Origin: an uncultured Collinsella sp.
GTDB lineage: Bacteria; Actinomycetota; Coriobacteriia; Coriobacteriales; Coriobacteriaceae
Reading direction: 5' to 3'
Length of the DNA stretch: 64,000 bases
NCBI GenBank assembly: GCA_900539035.1
Contig: UQAU01000002.1
Coordinates: forward strand, 20,771 to 84,770
Shown here: positions 31,064 through 40,454 of the stretch, one piece after another
How positions within the stretch are numbered: position 1 is the first letter of the stretch
Layout of the letters: the number at the start of each line of letters is the position of its first letter
Position numbers and translations under genes: made by a program
The notes under the pieces: model-generated
The model's database searches: none
Seen by the model: only the letters and a program-made list of their open reading frames with translations
Told to the model about the DNA's origin: nothing

Positions 31064-32476
31064 TTATACCTCGTCGTCCTCGTGCAGACGGCGGCGATAG
31101 TCGGCGGCCCAGCCCTCAATATTTACCTGACGGGCACGACCCAGGCCAAGTGCGTCGGCCGGGACCGGCTCGGTGATGACGGAGCCGGCGGCCACGAGCG
31201 CGCCGTCGCCGATCTGGGCGGGCGCGACCATCATGGTGTCGGAACCGATGAAGGCATCCTTGCCGATGACGGTCTTGTGCTTGTGCACGCCATCGTAGTT
31301 GCAGGTGATGGAGCCAGCGCCTACGTTGACGCCGGAGCCCATGGTGGTGTCGCCGATGTAGGACAGGTGCGGCACCTTGGAGCCCTCGCCGATCGTGGAC
31401 TTCTTGATCTCCACGTGCGTGCCGGCCTTGGAGCCGTCGAGCATGTGGGTGCCCGGGCGCAGGTAGGCGCGCGGGCCGCAGTCGACGCCGTTCTCGATGA
31501 CGGCCTCGATGGCGATGGTCTCATCGATGGTGCAGCCGCTGCCGACGGTGGTGTCGGTGAGGCGGCTGTTGGGGCCGAGCTGGCACTCCTCGCCCACGGT
31601 GACGTGGCCGATCAGGTGCGTCTGCGGCCACACGACGGTGTCGCGGCCGATGGTGGCATCGGGGCCGATCCAGGCCTGCGTGGGATCGATGAACGTGACG
31701 CCCTCGGCCATCCAGTGCTCGTTGATGCGGTCGCGCGCGATAGCGGTGAGCTGCGCGAGCTGAATGCGGCTGTTGACGCCCAGGCCGTCGCGGTAGTCAT
31801 CGCAGTGGAAGATGGAGACCGCCTGGCCGTGACCCTTGAGGATTTCGAGCATGTCGGGCAGGTAGTACTCGGACTGCGCGTTGTCGTTGCCGATCTCGTT
31901 AATGTGGGCGGCGAGCTGCGCGCCGTCAAAGGCGTAGCAGCCGGCGTTGCACTCCAGCAGCGTGGCGGCCTGCTCGGGCGTGCAGTCCTTCTGCTCGATG
32001 ATGCGCTCGATCTGGCCGTCGGCGCCCAGCTTGATGCGGCCGTAGCCGAAGGGGTCGGGCGGGGTCATGGTCATGACGGTGCAGGCGAGCTCGCCGGTAA
32101 CGACGGTCTGTGCGAACTTGGCGACGGTGTCGGCGGTGATGAGCGGCAGGTCACCGTTGAGCACGACGACCGGGCCTTGCGTGATGCCGCAGGCCTCGAG
32201 CGCGACCTTCACGGCGTGACCGGTGCCCAGGCGCTCGGTCTGCTCGACGCACTCGACCTTGGTGGCGCTGCTGGCGTAGGCGCCGTCGATGAGGGCGCGC
32301 ATCTCGTCGGCGTGGCTGCCGATGACGACCACGACGCGGCTGCAGCCGGCCTTGATGGTAGCGTCGACGATCCACTGGACCATGGGCTTGCCCAGGATCT
32401 TGTGCGAAACCTTGCAGTGGTTCGACTTCATGCGGGTGCCCTCGCCGGCGGCGAGGATAATTGCGATTGCGTCCAT
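31064..32476 (-). CDS. glmU: Bifunctional UDP-N-acetylglucosamine pyrophosphorylase / GlcN-1-P acetyltransferase
   Basis: MDAIAIILAAGEGTRMKS N-terminus and C-terminal left-handed beta-helix hexapeptide repeats. Start moved to MDAIA (471 aa). The upstream 70 codons were discarded. Confidence 0.9.
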   Translation of the reverse strand: MDAIAIILAAGEGTRMKSNHCKVSHKILGKPMVQWIVDATIKAGCSRVVVVIGSHADEMRALIDGAYASSATKVECVEQTERLGTGHAVKVALEACGITQGPVVVLNGDLPLITADTVAKFAQTVVTGELACTVMTMTPPDPFGYGRIKLGADGQIERIIEQKDCTPEQAATLLECNAGCYAFDGAQLAAHINEIGNDNAQSEYYLPDMLEILKGHGQAVSIFHCDDYRDGLGVNSRIQLAQLTAIARDRINEHWMAEGVTFIDPTQAWIGPDATIGRDTVVWPQTHLIGHVTVGEECQLGPNSRLTDTTVGSGCTIDETIAIEAVIENGVDCGPRAYLRPGTHMLDGSKAGTHVEIKKSTIGEGSKVPHLSYIGDTTMGSGVNVGAGSITCNYDGVHKHKTVIGKDAFIGSDTMMVAPAQIGDGALVAAGSVITEPVPADALGLGRARQVNIEGWAADYRRRLHEDDEV

Positions 32477-32726
32477 GTGATCTCCTGTTACGTTATAGAG
32501 ACGTGTGTTTGGAAACGATACACGGCGCAATATGATACCGCAGGCATATGTTGAGCGCGTAACGATTGACGCGTGAGGGCCGATGTCGGTGCCGCCGGCG
32601 TGACGTTTGTACTGCTTGCGTGCGGCGTTGGCGGTGCTGTGGAGCTGTCGTTTGAGCGAGGGGACGGGGGTGCCCGTGGACAACATACAAGAGGAGTTTG
32701 GCGGCGAGCCCGTCGCGGCGTTCTCG

Positions 32727-33563
32727 ATGTCGCATCCGGCTGTGCCGGCACTCTATATAGTGCTGACGCTGGGGCTCACCATGTTCTCGATGCAGCCGGT
32801 GCTGATTGCGCTGTCACTTGCGGGCGGGCTGGCGTATGGATTTGCGACGCGTGGGGCTGCCCGCACGCTGGGCGCACTCCGCTGGCAGTTGCCGGTGATT
32901 TTGATTATCGCGCTGGTCAATCCGCTGTTTAGCGCCTCGGGCTCGACGGAGCTGTTCCGTATTGGCATGCGCGCGGTGTATCTGGAAAGCATGGTATACG
33001 GCCTGTGCATGGGCGGGCTGTTTGTGGCGAGCGTGCTGTGGTTTGAGGCCGCGGCGTCGATGCTCGAATACGACAAGGTGCTCGCGCTGCTGGGCAATGC
33101 CGCACCGGTGATTGCGCTCATGATCTCGATGTGCATGAGGCTTATCCCGCAGTTTTTACGCCGCGGTCGTACGGTGCTGGCGGTGCAGGATGCGATTGAT
33201 GTGCCGGGCCGCGCGCCCACCGATCCCGTGCGATCGCGCCTGCGGGCGTCGAGCGTGTTGATGGGCTGGGACATGGAAGATTCGCTGGAGCGCGCGGACG
33301 CGATGCGCTCGCGCGGGTGGGGTGCCGCGACGCGTCGTACGACGTATGCGCGGTATCGACTGGGGCGCAGTGACGTTGCCGCGCTGGTCGGGCTCGCGCT
33401 GTTTGGTGCTGCCGCGGTGGCGGTGGCGTGGACCGCGACGACGCAGTATTCGTTTTATCCGCAGCTCTCGGTGCCGGCGCCGTGGCCGGGCTATGTCGTG
33501 TACGCTGCCTGGATGGTGCTGCCTTGCGCGTTGCGCGCGATTGATGAGAAGAGGTTTGGCTGA
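32727..33563 (+). CDS. ecfT: ECF transporter T component (CbiQ family)
   Basis: Five to six TM helices and a C-terminal ...ADAMRSRGW (Ala-Arg-Gly signature). An alternative GTG start near 32676 is possible. Confidence 0.7.
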   Translation: MSHPAVPALYIVLTLGLTMFSMQPVLIALSLAGGLAYGFATRGAARTLGALRWQLPVILIIALVNPLFSASGSTELFRIGMRAVYLESMVYGLCMGGLFVASVLWFEAAASMLEYDKVLALLGNAAPVIALMISMCMRLIPQFLRRGRTVLAVQDAIDVPGRAPTDPVRSRLRASSVLMGWDMEDSLERADAMRSRGWGAATRRTTYARYRLGRSDVAALVGLALFGAAAVAVAWTATTQYSFYPQLSVPAPWPGYVVYAAWMVLPCALRAIDEKRFG

Positions 33564-35206
33564 TGGCTCGGTTTGATAGGAGCTCGGCGGCGGGTGTGGC
33601 ATATGGCTCGGCCGCGCCGGCGATTGAGGTGCGAGGCCTTAGTTTTGCCTATCCCGGGGTCAAGGCACCGGTGCTCGAGGGGCTTGATTGGCGTGTTTCC
33701 CAAGGTGCGTTTGCACTGCTTGTTGGCGGTACCGGTTCGGGCAAGTCGACGCTGCTGTCGCTGCTCAAGCCCGAGATCGCTCCAGCGGGCGAGCGCACTG
33801 GCGAACTGCGCGTGCTGGGCGAGAACGTTGCCGACATGAACGTGCGGGCATCGGCAGAGCGCGTGGGTTATGTGTTTCAGGATCCCGAGAACCAGATTGT
33901 GTGCGAGACCGTGTGGCACGAGATGACGTTTGGCCTAGAGAATCTGGGTGTGTCGCGCGACGAGATGCGCCGCCGTGTTGCCGAGACCAGCTATTTCTTT
34001 GGTCTGGAGGACTGGCTTCATCGTGATACCGATACGCTTTCGGGTGGCCGCAAGCAGCTGCTGTCGCTTGCCGCCGTCCTGGCGCTGCGCCCGCGCGTGC
34101 TGCTGCTCGACGAGCCCACGTCTCAGCTCGATCCCGTTGCTGAGAAGAATTTTCTGCACGCGCTGTTTCGTGTGAATCGCGAGCTGGGCTGCACGGTTGT
34201 TGTGGCGACGCATCAGCCGCGCCCAATGCTCGAATACGCGACGTGTGCGTACCGGATTGAGGACGGTCGCGTGCGCGAGGTGGCGGATATGGCTTCTTTG
34301 GGACGCCGAGAATCGCTGTTTTCCGATGACATGTTGGGGTGGGGTGCCATCCGATGTGCAAATAAAGGAGTATTCAGCAGGCGTGAGGACAATTTGGGCT
34401 CTCCAGAGCCGCCCGGGGACGTATCGAGCGCGAAAAAAAGTTCAGAATTGGACAAATCGTCAGAATTTGTGGCGCAAACGTCGCTCGAAAACGGCTCGGA
34501 AGCTTTCCCGCGCACGGATGGAAGCAGAATACTCCAAAAAATGCACGGCGGGTCGGCTACCACCTTGTCGGAAGGCTGGTTTCGCTACAATCGCGCGGGC
34601 GGTTGGGTGCTGCGTGGGCTCGACGTGGCGTTTTCGGCCGGTGCGGTGCATGCGACCGTGGGCGGCAACGGATGCGGTAAGTCGACGATGCTTTCAGTGC
34701 TGGCGAAGACCGCCAAGCTGCAGCGCGGCCGCATGGTGCGCGGAGCGGCCTCGGCGGCGCTGCTGCCTCAGAATCCCAAAGCATTGCTGGTTGCCGAGAC
34801 GGTTCGCGATGAGCTGATGGAATGGGCCTCGACCTGCGGATATGACGAGAACTTGGCGCGGGAGCGTGCGGTGCAACTTGGACTGGACGGCCTGGAGACG
34901 CGCCACCCCTACGACCTCTCGGGCGGACAGCGCCAGCTGCTCGCACTGGCAAAGCTGCTGCTGATCGGCCCCGAGCTGCTGCTGCTTGACGAGCCCACGA
35001 AGGGCTTGGACCTGGAGAGCCGCCGCATCATCGCCCGCGCCCTGCGTGACCATGCGAAGGCTGGCGGCACCGTCATCATGGCCACGCACGATCTGGATTT
35101 TGCCGAGCAGGTAGCCGACGACGTCGCCATGATGTTTGACGGCGAGATTGCCTGCATGGAGCCCCCGGCCGACTTCTTTGCCGACAACGTGTTCTATAGG
35201 GCGTGA
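33563..35206 (+). CDS. ecfA: ECF transporter ATPase, fused tandem EcfA-EcfA' with a roughly 85-aa low-complexity linker
   Basis: Two complete ABC domains: GGTGSGKSTLLSL...LSGGRKQ...LLLDEPTSQLD, and GGNGCGKSTMLSV...LSGGQRQ...LLLDEPTKGLD. The ATG overlaps the ecfT stop. Confidence 0.8.
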   Translation: MARFDRSSAAGVAYGSAAPAIEVRGLSFAYPGVKAPVLEGLDWRVSQGAFALLVGGTGSGKSTLLSLLKPEIAPAGERTGELRVLGENVADMNVRASAERVGYVFQDPENQIVCETVWHEMTFGLENLGVSRDEMRRRVAETSYFFGLEDWLHRDTDTLSGGRKQLLSLAAVLALRPRVLLLDEPTSQLDPVAEKNFLHALFRVNRELGCTVVVATHQPRPMLEYATCAYRIEDGRVREVADMASLGRRESLFSDDMLGWGAIRCANKGVFSRREDNLGSPEPPGDVSSAKKSSELDKSSEFVAQTSLENGSEAFPRTDGSRILQKMHGGSATTLSEGWFRYNRAGGWVLRGLDVAFSAGAVHATVGGNGCGKSTMLSVLAKTAKLQRGRMVRGAASAALLPQNPKALLVAETVRDELMEWASTCGYDENLARERAVQLGLDGLETRHPYDLSGGQRQLLALAKLLLIGPELLLLDEPTKGLDLESRRIIARALRDHAKAGGTVIMATHDLDFAEQVADDVAMMFDGEIACMEPPADFFADNVFYRA

Positions 35207-35210
35207 TGGG

Positions 35211-35924
35211 ATGACGGACTGTCGTTTCTCGCGCTTGCTTGCAAAACTGGAAATCCCGCTGCTGCTGGCGGTGCCAGCCGTGATGGCTGCGGCGTTGCTG
35301 TCGGGTGTTGAGCAGGCAGCGTTGGCCATGCTGGTTGTGGTGGCGCTGGTGCTCGCGCTGTTCTTTGCGGGTTACGAGGCATCTCGTCCGGGTTTGCGCC
35401 AGATTATGCCCACGTTGGTGCTGGCGGCGCTGGCGGCGGCGGGGCGCATCCTGTTTGGGCCCATTCCCGACTTTAAACCGGTGAGTGCCATCGCCATTAT
35501 CGCGGGGGCGACGTTGGGTCGACGCAACGGCTTCATGGTCGGTGCGCTGGCAGCGCTGACCAGCAATTTCTTTTTTGGACAGGGCATGTGGACGCCATGG
35601 CAGATGTATGCCTGGGGTCTGGTTGGCTATGTTGGCGGCGCGCTGGCGCATGCGGGCGCGTTCGACCGCGCCGACGGCACCGCGCGATTGCCGGCGCTAC
35701 TGGCGTACGGCTTTGCGTCGGGCTTGCTCTATGGCGTCGTGATCAACGCGTATGACATCATTGGTTTTGTGCAGCCGCTCACGTGGGCGGGAGCCGTGGC
35801 GCGTCTTGCCACGGCAGTGCCGTTCGATATCACACACGGCCTCGCGACCTGCGTGTTCTTGGCCGCCTTGTACAAGCCCTGGTGCCGTCGCATTAACCGT
35901 GTCGTCGTGAAATACGGGCTGTAG
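35211..35924 (+). CDS. ECF transporter S (substrate-capture) component, substrate unknown
   Basis: Small polytopic membrane protein directly after ecfA. Start at MTDCRF lies 5 nt after the ecfA stop. Confidence 0.55.
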   Translation: MTDCRFSRLLAKLEIPLLLAVPAVMAAALLSGVEQAALAMLVVVALVLALFFAGYEASRPGLRQIMPTLVLAALAAAGRILFGPIPDFKPVSAIAIIAGATLGRRNGFMVGALAALTSNFFFGQGMWTPWQMYAWGLVGYVGGALAHAGAFDRADGTARLPALLAYGFASGLLYGVVINAYDIIGFVQPLTWAGAVARLATAVPFDITHGLATCVFLAALYKPWCRRINRVVVKYGL

Positions 35925-35953
35925 GGCATTTTGCGTTCCCTCACGAACTTGCG

Positions 35954-36012
35954 GTGGAATAGTTCTTGTTTTTGGCTATTTGCTACCCAAACGGGAACTA
36001 TTCCACCGCAAC
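35954..36012. terminator. Stem-loop with a 17-bp stem (TTGCGGTGGAATAGTTC ... GAACTATTCCACCGCAA) between convergent genes
   Basis: Perfect inverted repeat with a 25-nt loop. Confidence 0.4.
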
Positions 36013-36073
36013 TTATAGGGGGGAGAGGGGTCACATGATCTGTTTTTCTCTGTCCCCCAGGAATTACTTGGGG

Positions 36074-36892
36074 CTAGAGCTCTAGCGTGAGGGTGACGGG
36101 GCAGTGGTCGCTGCCGAAGATGTCGCCGCGGATGCCGGTGTCGCGTACGTTGTCGGCGATTGCGTCGCTTACCAGGAAGTAGTCGATGCGCCAGCCGGCG
36201 TTGTTCTTGCGGGCATTAAAGCGGTAGCTCCACCAGCTGTAGACGCCCTCGACGTCCGGATTTGCCGCGCGCCAGGTATCGGTAAAGCCGGCGTCGAGCA
36301 GCTCGGTAAACTTGCCGCGTTCTTCGTCCGAAAAGCCGGCGTTGCCGCGGTTGGACTTGGGGTTCTTAAGGTCGATCTCCTCGTGCGCCACGTTAAAGTC
36401 GCCGCAGGTCACGACGGGTTTGCCGCTCTCGCGCTCAAGCGCGCTCAAAAAGCCGCGATAGGCATCATCCCAGGCCATGCGCACGTCGATGCGGGCGAGT
36501 TCGTTTTGCGCGTTGGGAGTGTAGACATCCACAAACCAGAACTTGTCGAACTCCAACGCGCAGACGCGGCCCTCGGTTGCGGCTTGGGCGACGAGCTCGG
36601 CCGCCTTGCCCTCGCCGGCGTAGGGTAACAGCGCGTCGGCGTGCAGCACGCGCAGCGGTTCCTGGCGGCTAAAGACCGCAGTGCCCGAATAGCCTTTACG
36701 CTCGGCGTAGCTCCAGGTTTGGCGATAGCCGGGCAGGTTAATATCAACCTGGCCTTCTTGCAACTTGGTCTCTTGCAACGCCAGGATATCGACGTCGAGT
36801 TCTTGCGCGATCTGGATAAAGCTCGGGTCCTTTTTGAGCACGGCGCGCAGGCCGTTGACGTTCCACGAGGCGAAAGTGTAAGTCTGAGGCAT
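36074..36892 (-). CDS. xth: Exodeoxyribonuclease III / AP endonuclease
   Basis: MPQTYTFASWNVNGLRAV...; EEP family. Confidence 0.9.
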   Translation of the reverse strand: MPQTYTFASWNVNGLRAVLKKDPSFIQIAQELDVDILALQETKLQEGQVDINLPGYRQTWSYAERKGYSGTAVFSRQEPLRVLHADALLPYAGEGKAAELVAQAATEGRVCALEFDKFWFVDVYTPNAQNELARIDVRMAWDDAYRGFLSALERESGKPVVTCGDFNVAHEEIDLKNPKSNRGNAGFSDEERGKFTELLDAGFTDTWRAANPDVEGVYSWWSYRFNARKNNAGWRIDYFLVSDAIADNVRDTGIRGDIFGSDHCPVTLTLEL

Positions 36893-37028
36893 GGTGTCCT
36901 TTCGACGGGGTTGGCAGGCTTAAGATTAGCGCAACAGGGGCGGTGGTGGGCACCGCGCGTGCTGACCCAAAGGCCGCATGCTGGGACATCGCCCGACGCT
37001 GCCCGACCAACAAGGACGGAGGACTCAT

Positions 37029-37781
37029 ATGACGCAGGCGATAACGGACTCCAAACAGGCCTCCGCCGCGCTGGCGGAGCTGTTCGGCACCCACAAGCGC
37101 GTGGTCTTCTTTGGCGGCGCGGGCGTTTCTACGGCGAGTGGCATCCCCGATTTCCGCAGCGTGGACGGCCTGTATCACCAACAGTTTGTCTACCCGCCCG
37201 AGACCATGCTCTCGCATAGCTTTTACGCGGTGCACCCGGCCGAGTTCTTCGACTTCTACCGCACCAAGATGATCGCGCTTGGCGCCAAGCCCAACCGCTG
37301 CCACACCAAGCTGGCCGAGCTGGAGCGCGCCGGCAAGCTAAATGCCGTGGTGACGCAAAATATCGACGGCCTGCATCAGATGGCCGGCTCGCAGCGCGTG
37401 TTCGAGCTGCACGGATCGGTCCATCGCAACATTTGCCAGTCGTGCGGCGCGGTCTATAGCGCCGAGTGGATTTGCTCGCGCGAGCACGAGGACGCCGCGG
37501 GCGTGCCCGTGTGTCCTGCGTGCGGCGGCCGCATCAAGCCCGACGTAGTGCTCTACGAGGAGCCGCTCGACGAGCATGTGCTGACCGGCGCCGTTGCCGC
37601 CATTGCCGCGGCCGATGCCCTCATTGTGGGCGGGACCTCGCTCGTGGTGTATCCGGCGGCGGGCCTTACGCGTTACTTTACCGGCGATACGCTGGCCATT
37701 TGCAATCTTGCTCCCACCGATCAGGATGCAAATGCCGACCTGCTGATTTCTTGCGACATCGCGGCCGCGTTTGCGTTCTAG
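37029..37781 (+). CDS. cobB: NAD-dependent protein deacylase (Sir2 family)
   Basis: GAGVSTASGIPDFRS, Zn-binding CxxC...CxxC (CQSCG...CPACGG) and GTSLVVYPAA. Confidence 0.85.
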   Translation: MTQAITDSKQASAALAELFGTHKRVVFFGGAGVSTASGIPDFRSVDGLYHQQFVYPPETMLSHSFYAVHPAEFFDFYRTKMIALGAKPNRCHTKLAELERAGKLNAVVTQNIDGLHQMAGSQRVFELHGSVHRNICQSCGAVYSAEWICSREHEDAAGVPVCPACGGRIKPDVVLYEEPLDEHVLTGAVAAIAAADALIVGGTSLVVYPAAGLTRYFTGDTLAICNLAPTDQDANADLLISCDIAAAFAF

Positions 37782-37876
37782 CCCGCGCGCGCGGATACAA
37801 TAGAAAGACTGAGTGCAAAGCGACCCCGCCGCCAGCTCCCCAAGCTCGGCGGCGTGGGCATTTTAGGAGGATGTTC

Positions 37877-39607
37877 ATGGCGAACGACAGCAAGACATGG
37901 CGGTGCGGAAAGTACGAGCTCAGCTTTGACCGTCCGCGCATCATGGGCGTCCTCAACGTGACGCCCGATTCGTTTAGCGATGGCGGGGAGCACTTCGACC
38001 CGGATGCCGCCATCGAGTACGGCCTGGCGATGCTCGACGCCGGCGCCGACATCATCGACGTGGGCGGCGAGTCCACGCGCCCCGGCTTTACCCCGGTCAA
38101 CCCCGACGAGGAGGCTCGCCGCGTGCTGCCCGTGGTGCGCGCGCTGGCCAAGGAGGGCGCCATCGTCTCGATCGACACGCGTCATGTGGCGGTTGCCAAG
38201 GCGGCCGTGCGCTGCGGCGCCTCGATCGTCAACGACGTGACCGGCTTCACCGATCCCAAGATGGTCGAGTTTGTTAAGACGAGCACCTGCGGCATCATCG
38301 TGATGCATGCCGGCGAGGTCGCCGCGCCCACCCGCACGCACGCAACGGTGCAGCTCGATACCTCGGCAGCGGCGTTTGTTGCCGAGAAGGCGCGCGAGGC
38401 GGCTGCCGAGGCCGCGCGTGAGGCCGAGAAGCCGGCTCGCCGCCGTCGCGGCAAGTTGCTGGGTGAGCCTAAGTCGGAGGCCAAGCTTCCGGGCGGCGTG
38501 GTGCAGCCCTCGTTGCCGTTTGGCGAACCGGAGCCCACGTCCGAGCCTGCAAGCGAGCAGGAGACGCCCGCCGCCGAGCAGACTGCTGCCGCCGAGACCG
38601 TCGCGCCCGCGCCCGCAGCCACCGAGGCCGCATCGGAGTCCAATGACCGTCTGGCCGCCATGATGCGCCGCAGCGCCCGCCGCGAGGAAGCCTACGTGCC
38701 CACCTCGCAGCTCCGCCGCTTCACCCTGCCCGATTCGGCGCCAATCATGCGCCGCGTCATGGGCTTTCTGTCTGACCAGGCCCGCACACTCATCCATGCC
38801 GGCGTGTCGCGCGACCGCATCTGCATCGATCCTGGACCGGGCTTTGGTAAGTCGGCTAACGAGGACATCGTCATCCAGCGCGAGACTGCCAAGATGGCGT
38901 CACTGGGCTATCCGCTCATGTGCGCCGTGTCGCGCAAGCGCTTTGTGGGCGCCGTCTCGGGCGTGACCGAGGCCGCCGAGCGCGATGCCGCTACGTTTGG
39001 CGTGTGCCTGGGCGCCATCCAGGCCGGTGCCAACATCGTGCGCGTGCACGACGCCGCGGGTTTTGCGCAGTTCCTGAACGGCTACTGGGCGGTTGCCAAG
39101 CCGCAGCCGCGCCGCGCGTTTGTGGCCGTGGGCTCCAACCTGGGGCATCGCTGCGACAACATTCGCGCCGCACGCGAGATGATCGCCGAGATTCCACTCA
39201 CCTGCGTGTCCAACTCCTCCAAGATCTACGAGAGCGAGCCTGCCTACGAGACGCGCCAGGACGCGTTTGCCAACGCCGTCATCGAGATCAAGACCGAGCT
39301 GGCGCCGTTGGTGCTGCTCGACGAGCTTATGAAGATCGAGGCTGAGCTGGGGCGCGACCGCTCCAAAAAGGCCAAGGCCAACGGCCCGCGCACCATCGAC
39401 CTGGACCTGCTATGGATGGACGGCGAGACCCACGGCGGCAAAAAGCTGCGCCTGCCGCATCCGCTGATCGGCGAGCGCGATTTTGTGCTGGTGCCGCTCG
39501 AGGACTTGATGCACGATCCGGCGCGGTTCTTCCGCTACAACGGCGTCGAGGTTAAGGAGCCCGAGGACCGCGTGGGCCATATCGTGGGCGAATTGGGGCG
39601 TATGTAG
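37877..39607 (+). CDS. folP-folK: Bifunctional dihydropteroate synthase / HPPK (FolP-FolK fusion) with a roughly 115-aa low-complexity insertion inside the DHPS domain
   Basis: DHPS N-part IMGVLNVTPDSFSDGG...IIDVGGESTRPG...SIDT...NDVTG...VMHAG; Ala/Glu/Pro-rich insert; DHPS C-part IDPGPGFGKS...AVSRKRF...IVRVHD; then HPPK AFVAVGSNLG...GPRTIDLDLL. Confidence 0.8.
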   Translation: MANDSKTWRCGKYELSFDRPRIMGVLNVTPDSFSDGGEHFDPDAAIEYGLAMLDAGADIIDVGGESTRPGFTPVNPDEEARRVLPVVRALAKEGAIVSIDTRHVAVAKAAVRCGASIVNDVTGFTDPKMVEFVKTSTCGIIVMHAGEVAAPTRTHATVQLDTSAAAFVAEKAREAAAEAAREAEKPARRRRGKLLGEPKSEAKLPGGVVQPSLPFGEPEPTSEPASEQETPAAEQTAAAETVAPAPAATEAASESNDRLAAMMRRSARREEAYVPTSQLRRFTLPDSAPIMRRVMGFLSDQARTLIHAGVSRDRICIDPGPGFGKSANEDIVIQRETAKMASLGYPLMCAVSRKRFVGAVSGVTEAAERDAATFGVCLGAIQAGANIVRVHDAAGFAQFLNGYWAVAKPQPRRAFVAVGSNLGHRCDNIRAAREMIAEIPLTCVSNSSKIYESEPAYETRQDAFANAVIEIKTELAPLVLLDELMKIEAELGRDRSKKAKANGPRTIDLDLLWMDGETHGGKKLRLPHPLIGERDFVLVPLEDLMHDPARFFRYNGVEVKEPEDRVGHIVGELGRM

Positions 39608-40309
39608 ATGATCGAGATGAATGCTGTTGTTGCCGGTACCGAGCTTGACGCCGCGCGCGACGCGGGCCGCGAGGGTGCGTCCGCGGGCTGGTGCGCTTGG
39701 AGCGCGGGCGATGCTTCGCTGACGTTTTCGCTGGTCGTGCGCCCGGACGTGAACATGCATGCCTTCCACGGCCTGCCGTTTGTGGCGGCGATGGGCATGA
39801 TGGATGCGCTTGTGGGCACGGCTTCGACGCCGGGGTTGGGCCTTGCCGGTAAGGTGGGTATCCAGTGGCCGAGCGATATCGTGTGCGGTGCGCCTGCGTT
39901 TGAGACGTCGCTCGCGCGTGTTGCCGTGAACGGCGGTGCCGGTGCTGCGGGCATGTTCGGTGCCGTGACGGTGGATATTGAGCGTTCGGCGTTGAGCGAG
40001 CTCGGTGTGGGTGTGGCTGACGAAGCGCTGGTCGAGGCGCTGGCCGCCGCCATGCTGGCCCGCGTGGACGCCTGGGCGGTTGTTGCCAACACGCCGCAAG
40101 GCGCCGCGGGGCCGCTGGCTCCCGTGCTGGGCGAGTACTTTGACATGGTGCCACTGCTGGGCCGCCAAGTTGCGGCGGTGTCGCCCAACGGTTTGCCGCT
40201 TGCGGTCGGTGTGTTTGCGGGCCTGGACATCTGGGGCCGCGCGACCATCAAGACCGATGCCGGCGAGCAGGAGTTTCCGCCCGAGGCTGTACGAATTCGC
40301 GGGCTGTAG
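39608..40309 (+). CDS. Biotin-protein ligase (BirA)-like protein, degenerate
   Basis: GLAGKVGIQWPSDIV resembles the BirA KWPNDl core, and the C-terminal GVFAGLDIWGRATIKTDAGEQEF resembles the BirA C-terminus. Start immediately follows the folK stop. High-GC amino-acid bias. Confidence 0.45.
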   Translation: MIEMNAVVAGTELDAARDAGREGASAGWCAWSAGDASLTFSLVVRPDVNMHAFHGLPFVAAMGMMDALVGTASTPGLGLAGKVGIQWPSDIVCGAPAFETSLARVAVNGGAGAAGMFGAVTVDIERSALSELGVGVADEALVEALAAAMLARVDAWAVVANTPQGAAGPLAPVLGEYFDMVPLLGRQVAAVSPNGLPLAVGVFAGLDIWGRATIKTDAGEQEFPPEAVRIRGL

Positions 40310-40454
40310 CGCGGGGCGCTCGCGCTCAAAGATAACGATGACAACGAAGCCCTCTTCGGCCTGTGCCGGGGAGGGTTTCGCCTGTCTGGGGAATGGGCTT
40401 GGCGAACGTTTGCGGGGACTGTGGCATCGGGCGTGCTTGACTTAAGCTCCTGCT

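Noticed and set aside
37466-37876. N-terminal 137-codon extension of the folP ORF
   Set aside because: The extension is Arg/Cys-rich and overlaps the sirtuin gene. An AGGAGG RBS precedes the internal ATG at 37877, which begins the conserved DHPS N-terminus.
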